This document shows, piece after piece, positions 39,129-49,227 of a DNA stretch of 54,504 nt. The notes beneath the pieces are model-generated. The model worked only from the letters and a program-made list of their open reading frames with translations. It was not told where the DNA came from and did not search any database. The stretch is from Rhodothermales bacterium (GTDB taxonomy: Bacteria > Bacteroidota > Rhodothermia > Rhodothermales > UBA10348): positions 1-54,504 of the forward strand of contig JAURNP010000070.1 in the NCBI GenBank assembly GCA_030830105.1. Reading direction: 5' to 3'. Within the stretch, counting starts at the first letter, position 1, and every line of letters starts with the position of its first letter. Made by a program: the position numbers and the translations under genes.

Positions 39129-39625
39129 CTGCCATGGAGCGCTTCGACTACACGCCACCCCTTACTGTACACCCCCGCAACGTCCCGGGGCTGAGTATCC
39201 GTGAGATTCCGTTGGAGGCTATTGAAGCCGTTCGCGAAATGAACCGGATCATCTTCCGCGAAGAGCGCATCATCAACACGTTTGAGCGCGACGAAGTGAT
39301 GATCCTGGAAGCCTCGATCGATGGTGAGCCGGTCGCATTCAAGATTGGATACCGAGAAAGCCGTCACACGTTTTACAGCGCGAAAGGAGGCGTGATGCCC
39401 GGATTCCGCCGCCGTGGCATTGCTGTTGCCTTGTTGGGAGACATGATGCGGCGGGTCGAAGAGCTGGGATATCGCCGTATCGCGTTCGACACGTTCCCCA
39501 ATCTTCACCCGGGGATGACCATTCTTGCTCTGGCCCGGGGATTCCAACTGACCAAGTCGGACTTCAACAGTGCCTATCGTGAGTACCGGCTTCGCTTTGA
39601 GAAGCGTCTGGACCTGGAGTCCTGA
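39125..39625 (+). CDS. GNAT-family N-acetyltransferase
   Basis: 166 aa. VMPGFRRRGIAVALLGDMM matches GNAT motif A (R..G.A). It overlaps the helicase stop by 4 nt. Confidence 0.7.
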   Translation: MTAMERFDYTPPLTVHPRNVPGLSIREIPLEAIEAVREMNRIIFREERIINTFERDEVMILEASIDGEPVAFKIGYRESRHTFYSAKGGVMPGFRRRGIAVALLGDMMRRVEELGYRRIAFDTFPNLHPGMTILALARGFQLTKSDFNSAYREYRLRFEKRLDLES

Positions 39626-39683
39626 AGCCGGAACTACCTCATAATTCGCCCAGATACGTTATTCACCCAGCACTGCCACCCGC

Positions 39684-39842
39684 CTAGAAGAGAGCGTAGA
39701 TGAACGGTGCCAGGGCTGATCCTTGCGCCAATACGATGACGAGGCTCAGGAGGAGTAAGATCACGAGAATCGGGGCAAGCCAGAACTTCTTGCGGACTTT
39801 CAGAAATTGCCAGAATTCGCCAAGTACACTCAGCTTGCCCAT
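39684..39842 (-). CDS. DUF5989-like small membrane protein
   Basis: The ATG at 39842 gives MGKLSVLGEFWQFLKVRKKFWLAPILVILLLLSLVIVLAQGSALAPFIYALF (52 aa). This matches the DUF5989 pattern from memory. Confidence 0.5.
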   Translation of the reverse strand: MGKLSVLGEFWQFLKVRKKFWLAPILVILLLLSLVIVLAQGSALAPFIYALF

Positions 39843-40007
39843 GTCGCTCCGGGGTTGTGAATCGAATAGTCCGGAAATTAATTCTGACACCCCTTTGTTC
39901 CTCATTCTTGGAGACTTGCTGAAGATCGGCCAGGGCCCGAATTGTTATGCAACACGACCAAACGGGTCACGTACGACTAAAGATCTGAATTCAAATTTCC
40001 TCCCTCC

Positions 40008-41240
40008 GTGCATCGATTCTTTTTCGAGTTTTTCGAGTCCATCCTGATTGCAGTCAGGGCAGTATGGTCCAACAAGATGCGGGCTGTACTTACCACACTG
40101 GGTATCATCATCGGGATCGTATCGGTCACGGGGATGGCCACGGTGGTCAATGGTATCGAGCAGGGATTTGAGAATGATATTTCCTCGTTGGGTACCGACG
40201 TGGTCTATATCGAAAAATGGCCCTGGGTACGGTCAGGGAAGTGGTGGGAGTACATCAATCGCCCGAATATCACCGCCCAACTGGCTTCTGATATCAATGA
40301 TCAGTCCCGTATGGTCAAGGCCGCGACGGCGGTTGTGAGCACATCCGAGTCATTGAAGACGGAGTATGAATCTATTTCTTCAACGCGCATTGTTGGCGTT
40401 CAGGCCAACTTTGGCGACGTTCAAGTCGTGGATCTGGCAGAGGGATATTTCATCACCCCGTTTGACGATCAGGGAGCACGAAACGTCGCCATCATTGGTG
40501 CCAGCGTTGCAGATGAGTTGTTTCCATTTGGAAGCCCGCTGGGTAAAGAGCTGAAGATCGCAGGCAACGCCTTCCGCGTGATTGGCGTGATGACCCGTCA
40601 AGGACAAGGATCTGAGGGAAGTGCTTCCGAGGACTGGGCTGTCCAGATTCCCTTCAACAGCTTCAAGAAGTTCTTCGGTACCCGCTGGCGCGATGTCAGC
40701 GTTCGTGCCAAGGTTATTGAAGGCGTTGCCCTTGCTGATGCCAAGGACGAGATAAGAGGTGTCGCTCGACTCTCAAGGGGATTGACGGTAGGGGAAGAGG
40801 ACAATTTCGAGATCAACGAACAGGAAACGTTGCGGGCTACGATAGAGCCCATCAAGAATGCCATCTATGGTATCGGTATTGGTCTGACGGCTCTGGCGCT
40901 GTTGGTCGGTGGTATCGGCGTGATGAATATCATGTTTGTGACCGTTCGGGAGCGAACCCGTGAAATCGGTATTCGAAAAGCTGTAGGTGCGCGCCGCATC
41001 AGCATTTTGATGCAGTTTCTCGTTGAAGCCATCGTTATCTGTATGGTTGGAGGCCTGATCGGTGTGGGGCTGGCCTTTCCATTATCCATGCTCATCGGTG
41101 CAGTACTTCCAGCCAGCCTGGACATGAATACAGTGATCATGGCGTTTATCATCTGTGTTGCGATCGGTACTGTTTTTGGTCTTGCCCCCGCATGGTCCGC
41201 AGCAAAAGCTCCCCCCATCGAAGCACTCCGGTACGAATAG
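40008..41240 (+). CDS. MacB/FtsX-type ABC transporter permease
   Basis: Layout is an N-terminal TM segment, a large periplasmic MacB_PCD-like domain, then a C-terminal FtsX core (ERTREIGIRKAVGARRISILMQFLVEA). Confidence 0.85.
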   Translation: MHRFFFEFFESILIAVRAVWSNKMRAVLTTLGIIIGIVSVTGMATVVNGIEQGFENDISSLGTDVVYIEKWPWVRSGKWWEYINRPNITAQLASDINDQSRMVKAATAVVSTSESLKTEYESISSTRIVGVQANFGDVQVVDLAEGYFITPFDDQGARNVAIIGASVADELFPFGSPLGKELKIAGNAFRVIGVMTRQGQGSEGSASEDWAVQIPFNSFKKFFGTRWRDVSVRAKVIEGVALADAKDEIRGVARLSRGLTVGEEDNFEINEQETLRATIEPIKNAIYGIGIGLTALALLVGGIGVMNIMFVTVRERTREIGIRKAVGARRISILMQFLVEAIVICMVGGLIGVGLAFPLSMLIGAVLPASLDMNTVIMAFIICVAIGTVFGLAPAWSAAKAPPIEALRYE

Positions 41241-41241
41241 C

Positions 41242-42468
41242 ATGGGCATACTTGAAGCCGCCCGCATGTCTGTTGCATCCTTGCGTGATCACAAGGTTCG
41301 CTCTGCGCTAACGCTGCTCGGAATGGTGATCGGCGTATTCGCCATCATTGTGTCGGTGACCGCTGTGCAGGTCATCGATGTGTATTTCAAGGACCGCCTC
41401 CAATTTCTTGGGTCGTCGACCTTTTCCATTTCGAAAACGTCCATGGTTCAGATGGGTCGTTCAGATCGAAGCAAGCGTAACCGTCCCAATATCACATTCG
41501 ATCAGATCGAACGGTTTCGAGATGCCATGTCTGTACCGGTTACCGTCAGTGTGATGGAGATGTTTTCGATTGGGAAAGTGGTCTACAGTGACCGGGAAAC
41601 AGAACCGAGTGTCATGGTAATGGGCGTTGATCAGCACATGCTCGGCAACTATTCCTATGAACTGGACTTCGGACGGTTTTTCACGAGCGATGATGTACAG
41701 TATGCGCGACCGAGCTGCGTACTTGGATCGGAGATTGCTGAAGAGATTTTTGAAACAGAAAATGCCATCGGGAAAGTCGTGCGCGTTTCCGGAATGCGGT
41801 GTGAAGTTGTCGGCGTCTTGAAGAAGAAAGGGAGCTTTCTGGGCTTTTCACAAGACAACCGGGTATACATACCCATTACACGAGGTTTTACAGTCTTCGG
41901 CGGAACGAATCGAGATATCGGTATCTCAGTTCGGGTCAATAATCCTGTTCTTATCAACGCGGCCAAGGAAGAGGCGACGGGCCATATGCGTGTAATCCGG
42001 AAGGTGGAGCCGGGAGAGGACAACAATTTCGAAATCTCCACAAACGACTCGTTGCAATCCATTTTTGATGCCTTCACTGGTACGCTGACAGCTGGAGGTG
42101 CTGGGATCGGACTCATTTCGCTGCTCGCAGCGGGTATCGGCATCATGAACATCATGCTGGTCTCGGTCACAGAGCGTACCAGGGAGATCGGGATCAGAAA
42201 AAGCGTTGGCGCCAGACGCAGGGATATCATGCACCAATTCTTGCTGGAGGCCTTTTTTCTGTGCCAAATTGGTGGATTGATCGGTATTGCCCTCGGGGCT
42301 CTGCTGGGCAACGGTGTGGCCATTTATTTCGATATATCTGCGACCTTCCCGACCAACTGGGCGATTGGGGCTGTTGTCATGGTGACCGTAATCGCGCTTG
42401 TTTTCGGCGGTTACCCTGCGTTCAAGGCGGCGCGCTTGAGTCCGATCGATTCCCTTCGCTTCGAATAG
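41242..42468 (+). CDS. MacB/FtsX-type ABC transporter permease (paralogue)
   Basis: Same architecture as the preceding gene, with ERTREIGIRKSVGARRRDIMHQFLLEA. The ATG at 41242 lies directly after the preceding stop. Confidence 0.85.
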   Translation: MGILEAARMSVASLRDHKVRSALTLLGMVIGVFAIIVSVTAVQVIDVYFKDRLQFLGSSTFSISKTSMVQMGRSDRSKRNRPNITFDQIERFRDAMSVPVTVSVMEMFSIGKVVYSDRETEPSVMVMGVDQHMLGNYSYELDFGRFFTSDDVQYARPSCVLGSEIAEEIFETENAIGKVVRVSGMRCEVVGVLKKKGSFLGFSQDNRVYIPITRGFTVFGGTNRDIGISVRVNNPVLINAAKEEATGHMRVIRKVEPGEDNNFEISTNDSLQSIFDAFTGTLTAGGAGIGLISLLAAGIGIMNIMLVSVTERTREIGIRKSVGARRRDIMHQFLLEAFFLCQIGGLIGIALGALLGNGVAIYFDISATFPTNWAIGAVVMVTVIALVFGGYPAFKAARLSPIDSLRFE

Positions 42469-42537
42469 GATCACGTTCGCCCCAGAGGTGTGTGCGCCGT
42501 AGATTGCTGGCGCATCTCAACGCCATCCCTTGCCTCC

Positions 42538-43236
42538 ATGTCTGAACTGCAAGCTGCCGCCAAGCGCGCGGTCGGTGAATACGTCGCTTCGATGATTTCC
42601 ACCGGTATGACCCTCGGAATTGGAACCGGTTCGACCGCTGCCATGGCCATCGAGGCGCTCGGAGCTCGTATCCGGGAAGAGGGGCTGCAGGTGAAGGGAG
42701 TCGCAACATCCTTTGCAGCAGAGCGGCTGGCTCGTCAGCACGGTGTAGCATTAACCACCCTGGATGAATCTCCCAATTTGGATCTGGCCTTTGATGGTGC
42801 GGACGAAGTGGATCCGGCCTTCATCTTGATCAAGGGAAGAGGCGCAGCACAAACACGAGAGAAAATAGTGGCATCCTGTGCGGAGCAATTCGTCGTCCTC
42901 GTGGACGAAAGTAAGATGGTCGACCAGCTGGGTCATCGCATGCCCCTGCCAGTGGAAGTGGTTCCCATGGCTGTTTCCCCCATCATGCAGGTTCTGAGGA
43001 GCTTGGGTGGGAAGCCTGAAATCCGGATGGGAAAGATGAAAGACGGCCCTGTCGTATCAGACCAGGGTATGTGGGTGCTGGATGCTCACTTCGACGGGAT
43101 CCAGGATCCTGATCACGTGAATGATGTCCTGCTTAAAACGCCAGGTGTGGTTGACCACGGCCTGTTCATCAATCTGGCAACCCAAGTGCTGGTAGGCCGC
43201 TCGGACGGTGGTGTGGATGTACTGGGGAAATCCTAG
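42538..43236 (+). CDS. rpiA: Ribose-5-phosphate isomerase A
   Basis: Contains LGIGTGSTA, AFDGADEVD and LIKGRGAAQTREK. I chose the ATG at 42538 (MSELQAAAKRA...). Confidence 0.9.
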   Translation: MSELQAAAKRAVGEYVASMISTGMTLGIGTGSTAAMAIEALGARIREEGLQVKGVATSFAAERLARQHGVALTTLDESPNLDLAFDGADEVDPAFILIKGRGAAQTREKIVASCAEQFVVLVDESKMVDQLGHRMPLPVEVVPMAVSPIMQVLRSLGGKPEIRMGKMKDGPVVSDQGMWVLDAHFDGIQDPDHVNDVLLKTPGVVDHGLFINLATQVLVGRSDGGVDVLGKS

Positions 43237-43308
43237 ATAGCCGTCTTTTCGGTGGCACTGGTCTGGCGGCTAAGGACCGCTACTTCGGCAAAAAATGTCC
43301 AAGCCAGT

Positions 43309-44670
43309 TCAGAATAGTAGGCTGATCATGTGCTCAAGGGATTTCAATCCCACACACTCCAGGCCTTTTGGGGTGCTTTTTCGATCCAGTCCTTTGCCAG
43401 GAACGTAGGCCTGTGTGAATCCCAATCGAGACGTCTCTACGAGGCGTGCCTCCAACTGGGATACCGCACGTACCTCACCACCCAGTCCTACTTCGCCAGT
43501 GATCATGGCCTGCGAGGGCAGCGGGATGTCTCGCCAGGACGATGCCACAGCCGCCGCGATGGCTAGATCTGCAGCCGGTTCGGTCAGACGGAGGCCGCCG
43601 GTTACGTTGACGAAAATGTCACATGTTGAGAGCGGCATGCCGACTCGTTTCTCCAGCACGGCCAACAGCATCTGTAAGCGGCGGCCGTCAAATCCGCTGG
43701 CCGTGCGCTGTGGGTTGGAGTAGGAGGTCGGAGTGACGAGAGCCTGGATCTCTGCCAACATTGGACGCGAGCCTTCGAGCGAACACACGACCGCCGAGCC
43801 AGGAGACAAAAGATTGCGATCGGACAGAAAGAGCTCACTGGGATTTTCGACGGGAGTCAATCCCCGGGCCTCCATTTCGAAGACGCCTATCTCGTTGGTG
43901 GATCCGAATCGGTTCTTGACGGCACGCAATATGCGGAAGACGTGATGACGGTCTCCTTCGAGGTACAGCACCGTATCGACCATGTGCTCGAGCACGCGCG
44001 GTCCAGCAATGGTCCCGGACTTGGTTACGTGACCAACAATGAACGTAGCTGTGCCTGATGCTTTGGCCATCTGAATCAGCGCAGAGGCACTTTCGCGGAC
44101 CTGGGTGACGGATCCAGGCGCACTGGTGAGGTCCGAGCGAAAAATGGTCTGGATAGAGTCCACCACGAGTACAGAAGGCTCCTCGTCCTGGACGCAGCGG
44201 ATGATGGATTCGACTTCCGTTTCGGCCAGCAGGAGAAAATTGTCCGAAGCAATACCCATGCGCTCGGCACGCATCTTCACCTGGGATGGAGATTCTTCGC
44301 CAGTGACGTAGAGCAGTTTGACCGACTTCAACAGGGTGGCCAATTCGGTCATGAGAGTGGATTTCCCGATTCCCGGATCCCCGGCGATCAGGACGACCGA
44401 TCCCTCCACAATGCCGCCGCCGAGTACCCGATCCAATTCCGCGTTTCCGGTACCAATACGGGATTCGGACCCACTTTTTACTTCGCTGAGGCGAACTGGC
44501 TTCGGGGAGAGTCCCTTTCTGCCACGGATAATGCCGGGTTTGTGACTGGACGATGCCGTTCGCTCTTCGACCAGCGAATTCCACGCTCCGCAAGCTGGGC
44601 ATTGTCCCAGCCATTTGGGCGATTCGTTGCCACAATCCTGACAGAAAAATATGGTCTTGGTCTTGGCCAT
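43309..44670 (-). CDS. radA: DNA repair protein RadA/Sms
   Basis: The ATG at 44670 gives MAKTKTIFFCQDCGNESPKWLGQCPACGAWNS (zinc finger). Also present are Walker A GDPGIGKST, KNRFG and a Lon-like C-terminal domain. Confidence 0.95.
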   Translation of the reverse strand: MAKTKTIFFCQDCGNESPKWLGQCPACGAWNSLVEERTASSSHKPGIIRGRKGLSPKPVRLSEVKSGSESRIGTGNAELDRVLGGGIVEGSVVLIAGDPGIGKSTLMTELATLLKSVKLLYVTGEESPSQVKMRAERMGIASDNFLLLAETEVESIIRCVQDEEPSVLVVDSIQTIFRSDLTSAPGSVTQVRESASALIQMAKASGTATFIVGHVTKSGTIAGPRVLEHMVDTVLYLEGDRHHVFRILRAVKNRFGSTNEIGVFEMEARGLTPVENPSELFLSDRNLLSPGSAVVCSLEGSRPMLAEIQALVTPTSYSNPQRTASGFDGRRLQMLLAVLEKRVGMPLSTCDIFVNVTGGLRLTEPAADLAIAAAVASSWRDIPLPSQAMITGEVGLGGEVRAVSQLEARLVETSRLGFTQAYVPGKGLDRKSTPKGLECVGLKSLEHMISLLF

Positions 44671-44864
44671 GAACCGAATATAGGTGAGGGGAGTGTCAGC
44701 CTCCTGACACATGGGCCCTATGCCGCGTGACTTCCGTGAGAATCGTTGCGCCTGCTCCTGTGACGAATCCGTGCAGAGCGTCAAGAAGACACGGATGATC
44801 CGTACTTTCCTCCTCGCATGCTCATGCATGTATAGGATGGCGAATCGCACCAGACATCGCGCTT

Positions 44865-45629
44865 GTGGTCAAACAGACCCTAGATATTGTTTTGAATCCC
44901 CTAGCGACCTTGGGTCGCTATAGTCGGCTTCTGTTCCATGCTTTTGGGGCCGTCGCGGAATTGTCCATCTACCGGAAAAATCTCTGGGAGCAGATGGTCA
45001 AGAGTGGAGTGGATTCAATACCCATCGTTTGCATGGCTGCAGGGTTTTCAGGGGCCGTCTCCACGGTGCAAACCGCCTATCAGCTGGTGACACCGCTCAT
45101 TCCCCGAAGCACAATCGGAGCCATCGTCGTGCCGTCCATGATTCTGGAGCTGGGTGCCGTGGTAACCGGATTCATTCTGGCCGGCCGCGTAGGAGCGCGT
45201 ATAGCCGCAGAGCTGGGTACCATGCGCGTGACCGAACAGATCGATGCGCTGGAGAGCATGGGGCTGAATTCGATTGGATATCTGATCGTACCCCGGGTAC
45301 TTGCCGGGATCATCATGTTTCCGGTCCTTTACGTCGCTGCTTGCTTCGTCGGGATCGGAAGTGGCATGTTGATTGGTGATCTGGGCGGTTTTGTGCCCGC
45401 AGAAGAGTTTCTAGTTGGGGCCCGTGAATTCTTCCAGCCGTTTGACCCTATTTTCGGCGTGATCAAATCCATCGTGTTCGGGTTTTTGATCACGTCGATT
45501 TCCTGCTTCAAAGGGTACTACACGCAAGGCGGAGCCGAAGGCGTAGGCCGCTCTACGACACAGGCTGCCGTGGCCAGTTGTGTATTTCTGTTGTTGGCCG
45601 ACCTAGTGCTGGCGGCTACCTTGCTTTGA
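44865..45629 (+). CDS. mlaE: MlaE-family ABC transporter permease
   Basis: Contains GVDSIPIV, the MlaE core EQIDALESMG, and 5-6 TM segments. GTG start as tracked. Confidence 0.85.
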   Translation: MVKQTLDIVLNPLATLGRYSRLLFHAFGAVAELSIYRKNLWEQMVKSGVDSIPIVCMAAGFSGAVSTVQTAYQLVTPLIPRSTIGAIVVPSMILELGAVVTGFILAGRVGARIAAELGTMRVTEQIDALESMGLNSIGYLIVPRVLAGIIMFPVLYVAACFVGIGSGMLIGDLGGFVPAEEFLVGAREFFQPFDPIFGVIKSIVFGFLITSISCFKGYYTQGGAEGVGRSTTQAAVASCVFLLLADLVLAATLL

Positions 45630-45645
45630 TTCCATCCTCTACCCC

Positions 45646-46389
45646 ATGATCAGCGTCACCAAAGTCAACAAGAGTTTCAACGACAAGCACGTCCTGAAGG
45701 ATGTATCGGTCGATATCCCCGAGGGCGAAACCATCGCCATCATCGGGCGATCCGGCTCGGGCAAGAGCGTGCTTATGAAGCACTTGATTGGACTGTTGAG
45801 TCCGGATAGTGGGACCGTGACGGTGGACGGAATCGATATCAATGCGATTACCTACGCAGAGCTTCGACGTGTACGGCGCAATTTTGGCGTCCTATTCCAG
45901 GGCGGTGCGTTGTTCGATTCCATGAACTCCTTCGAGAACGTGGCCTTTCCACTTCGCACATTCACCGAGATGGGAGAGCCTGAAATCGAGGACGTCGTCA
46001 AACGTTGTCTGGCCATGGTTGAACTGGAGGATGTTGGAGCAAAGCTTCCCTCGGAATTATCGGGTGGAATGCAGAAGCGTGTGGCTCTGGCACGTGCTGT
46101 TGCCCTTCAGCCACGCTACATCATCTACGATGAACCAACGTCTGGTCTGGACCCGGAAACCTCGAACACGATCGACGAATTGATCCGCAATCTGGCTGAT
46201 CAACTGAATGTGACAAGTATTGTCGTGACCCACGACATGCACTCGGTACTCAACATTGCTGACCGTGCGGCCTTCATTTACGAGGGGCGTATGCATTGGA
46301 CAGGCACTATCGATGAGCTCCATCGCAGCGATGATCAGGTCCTGAAGGCCTTTGTTACGGCCAACGAATACAAGATTGGTCTGTCCTGA
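45646..46389 (+). CDS. mlaF: MlaF-type ABC transporter ATP-binding protein
   Basis: Contains Walker A GRSGSGKS, signature LSGGMQKRVALARA, Walker B IIYDEPTSGLD and VTHD. Confidence 0.9.
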   Translation: MISVTKVNKSFNDKHVLKDVSVDIPEGETIAIIGRSGSGKSVLMKHLIGLLSPDSGTVTVDGIDINAITYAELRRVRRNFGVLFQGGALFDSMNSFENVAFPLRTFTEMGEPEIEDVVKRCLAMVELEDVGAKLPSELSGGMQKRVALARAVALQPRYIIYDEPTSGLDPETSNTIDELIRNLADQLNVTSIVVTHDMHSVLNIADRAAFIYEGRMHWTGTIDELHRSDDQVLKAFVTANEYKIGLS

Positions 46390-46415
46390 CCACCAACTAA
46401 CCATCCGATTCTGAC

Positions 46416-47348
46416 GTGAAATTTTCGAACGAGATCAAGGTGGGCCTGACTATCATCGTAGCGACGGTGATCTTCATTCTGGGCGTCCGCTATTTCGAAG
46501 ACCTGCCCCTGTTTGATTCGACCTACGACCTGGTAGCAGAATTCGACAATGCCGGCGGATTGATCGGTGGCAACATCGTGCGCGTGAACGGCGTGGTGGT
46601 TGGCTCGGTCGAGGATGTCTACATCTCCGAGGCAACTGGCAAGGTGATGGTTGAATTCCATGTCGATCCGAACATTCCTGTCACGGAAGGCACGTATGCC
46701 ACCATTACCGGCTTCGACGCCTTGGGCGTGGTTCGTATGGACCTGGTTCTTGGCCCTGCGGATGGTCCCAAAATACCGGAGGGCGGAATGATAGCTGCAG
46801 GTACGGGAGGCGACCTGATGTCGGACCTGACAGCTCAAGCACCCGAAATGCTGGAAGACGTAAGCTCCGTAGTCGACCAATTGAACGGAGTGCTGGCCGA
46901 AACCAATGCTATGTTATCCGCGCCGGACTCAGATTTTCGCCAGACACTGACCGCCGCCCGCGGAAGCGTTGAACAGATTGAAGGGCTGCTGGCATCCGAG
47001 AGGGATCGCATAGCGTCCATCCTCTCCAATACGGATTCCCTCACCGCTGACCTGAATGCATCTCTCGGCGAAGACGGCGAAGCGGTTGCGGCTCTGATTG
47101 CCCAGATGGAAGAGACCATGGCTACGCTGAATGAGGATCTTGAGCGGTTCCAGGAAACCAATGAGCAGCTGAACGAGCTGCTACAGAAATTGAATAACGG
47201 AGAAGGAACGCTGGGACTCCTGATCAACGACTCGTCCATGTATCATCGCATGGACTCGACCTTGTCGGGACTGAATGGACTGATTGCCGATTTTCAGTCC
47301 AACCCCGGACGGTACCTGAAAGAAATGAAAATCGTCGACTTATTCTGA
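46416..47348 (+). CDS. mlaD: MlaD/MCE-domain protein
   Basis: Has an N-terminal TM segment (KVGLTIIVATVIFILGV), an MCE fold (GGLIGGNIVRVNGVVVGSVEDV) and a long helical C-terminal region. Confidence 0.8.
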   Translation: MKFSNEIKVGLTIIVATVIFILGVRYFEDLPLFDSTYDLVAEFDNAGGLIGGNIVRVNGVVVGSVEDVYISEATGKVMVEFHVDPNIPVTEGTYATITGFDALGVVRMDLVLGPADGPKIPEGGMIAAGTGGDLMSDLTAQAPEMLEDVSSVVDQLNGVLAETNAMLSAPDSDFRQTLTAARGSVEQIEGLLASERDRIASILSNTDSLTADLNASLGEDGEAVAALIAQMEETMATLNEDLERFQETNEQLNELLQKLNNGEGTLGLLINDSSMYHRMDSTLSGLNGLIADFQSNPGRYLKEMKIVDLF

Positions 47349-47349
47349 T

Positions 47350-47913
47350 ATGCCCAGTTACGAAGACGCCCTCGAACTTTTCCACACATGGACGAAGACG
47401 GACAGCCTTCGTCGACACGCCTACGCGGTCGAGGCTGGAATGGGATTCTATGCCCACAAGTATGGTGAAGATGAGTCGCTCTGGCGCATGACGGGCCTGT
47501 TGCACGACATGGATTACGAGAAGCACCAGACTCTGGAAGAGCATCCGTACGTGGGAGTGGGGGTATTGCGTGAAGCCGGCTATCCAGAAGAAGTCCTTGA
47601 TGCCATCATGGGTCATGCACCCCATACGGGTACGGTGCGCGAATCCCTCTTGGCCAAAGTGCTTTTCGCTGTGGACGAATTGGCTGGATTCATTACGGCT
47701 GTCGCCTACGTGCGACCCAAAGGTCTGGCAGGCATGAAGCCAAAATCAGTGACCAAGAAGCTGAAGGACAAGGGTTTTGCTGCTGCTGTAAGCCGGGACG
47801 ATATCCGGACAGGGGCAGAAGATCTCGGGATTGAGTTGTCCGAACACATTGCGCATGTGATTGCAGGAATGCAGGCCGATGCAACCCGTTTGGGCTTTTC
47901 TGCGTCCGAGTAG
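47350..47913 (+). CDS. HD-domain (HDIG-type) metal-dependent phosphohydrolase
   Basis: Contains RRHAYAVE....GLLHDMDYE....MGHAPHTG, giving the H...HD...H metal-ligand pattern. It starts 2 nt after the mlaD stop. Confidence 0.75.
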   Translation: MPSYEDALELFHTWTKTDSLRRHAYAVEAGMGFYAHKYGEDESLWRMTGLLHDMDYEKHQTLEEHPYVGVGVLREAGYPEEVLDAIMGHAPHTGTVRESLLAKVLFAVDELAGFITAVAYVRPKGLAGMKPKSVTKKLKDKGFAAAVSRDDIRTGAEDLGIELSEHIAHVIAGMQADATRLGFSASE

Positions 47914-47940
47914 GGCCGTAGGAAACCCCCCATCGTACAC

Positions 47941-49227
47941 GTGACGCAAGACGATCACATTCAGGAAGACCAGCCGACCCCTCAGACCGGGGTGACAGTT
48001 GCTGAGGCCAAGGAAGTAACCCGGGCCCGGGCCGCAGATTTTCGGCATTTGGTTGCGACCTACATTCGTCGCCATCTACCCTCTGGCGGCGACTCGGACA
48101 AGCCCCGTCACGCGCCTCCGCGTGTCTTGGGATCGCATGCAAGGCTTCTACCCTTGTTGCAGATCATTCCATGGGGTCTGATGATCATGTTCGGGGCTTC
48201 GTTCCTGTGGGACTTCCCGGGCATGGAGCTGAGCCTCTTCGGTCAAATACTGCCATTGGAAGGGCTGATGCGCATTGTGGCTGTGAGCGGCATGATAGGC
48301 TTTCTGACCAACTGGGTTGCCATCACCATGTTGTTCAACCCGCGGCAGGTACGTCCCATCTTTGGCCAGGGCCTCATTCCCGCGCAACGCGAACGGGTGA
48401 TTTACCGTCTGGCGACGGCCGTGAGCGAGGAGCTGATCAATGAGGAGATCATCAAGCAGAAAATCGAGGAGAACCAGATCATCCCGAAATACCGGGAGCT
48501 GGCCATGTCAGTTGCTCGTGGTGTTCTCGAGGATCCGGAATTCCGCAGCGATCTCAAGCGACTGACAGGCGACTACGTAGAGACCGTCCTTACATCGGAC
48601 GAGGTACGTAAGCGCATCGTGGATTTCGTGGTCGAGAAAATTGAGGCGTATGTGGGCGAAGGTGTCGGGGGTATGGCGCTTAAGGCGTATCGCTATCTGA
48701 ACGAAGAGGATTTCAAGAAGCGCATTGACCAGGCTGTTCATGGAATTCCGACACAGCTTGACGTCGTACTGGACGAAATGGACGCGCTGCTGGACAAAGT
48801 CCCCGAAAAAATCGAGGCCCGGGCTGAAGACATCGAGGAGTTTGCAACGCGGTTGGTGCTTGGGTTCGTAGAGAACCTGGATGTCTACGACATGGTCATG
48901 AGCAACATGATGGCCTATGATGAGGGCCGTCTCGAAGCGCTGATCAAGAACTCATCTAACGAACAGCTCAACTACATCAAGTATCTGGGCGGTTTGCTGG
49001 GTGCGGTCGGTGGCTTGGTCATTTGGCAGCCCTTGCCGGCGCTCGTTGCGTTCGGTGGCGTGGGAGCCGTTCTATTCGGTTTGGACGAAGTCCTGTACCG
49101 AGTTGGTCAGGCGCGGACTGCGCTTCCCGGAGAGTCGGAAGCCGCTTCGGAAGAAGCCGGCGTCGCCGACGCCTTGGAAGATGCGTCCGATTCCGTTGAG
49201 GATTCCACCGAGTCTGACGACGATTGA
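47941..49227 (+). CDS. DUF445-family membrane protein with acidic C-terminal tail
   Basis: Contains FLTNWVAITMLFNPRQVRPIFGQGLIPAQRERV (DUF445 core from memory) and a terminal TM pair. GTG start, uncertain. Confidence 0.6.
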   Translation: MTQDDHIQEDQPTPQTGVTVAEAKEVTRARAADFRHLVATYIRRHLPSGGDSDKPRHAPPRVLGSHARLLPLLQIIPWGLMIMFGASFLWDFPGMELSLFGQILPLEGLMRIVAVSGMIGFLTNWVAITMLFNPRQVRPIFGQGLIPAQRERVIYRLATAVSEELINEEIIKQKIEENQIIPKYRELAMSVARGVLEDPEFRSDLKRLTGDYVETVLTSDEVRKRIVDFVVEKIEAYVGEGVGGMALKAYRYLNEEDFKKRIDQAVHGIPTQLDVVLDEMDALLDKVPEKIEARAEDIEEFATRLVLGFVENLDVYDMVMSNMMAYDEGRLEALIKNSSNEQLNYIKYLGGLLGAVGGLVIWQPLPALVAFGGVGAVLFGLDEVLYRVGQARTALPGESEAASEEAGVADALEDASDSVEDSTESDDD

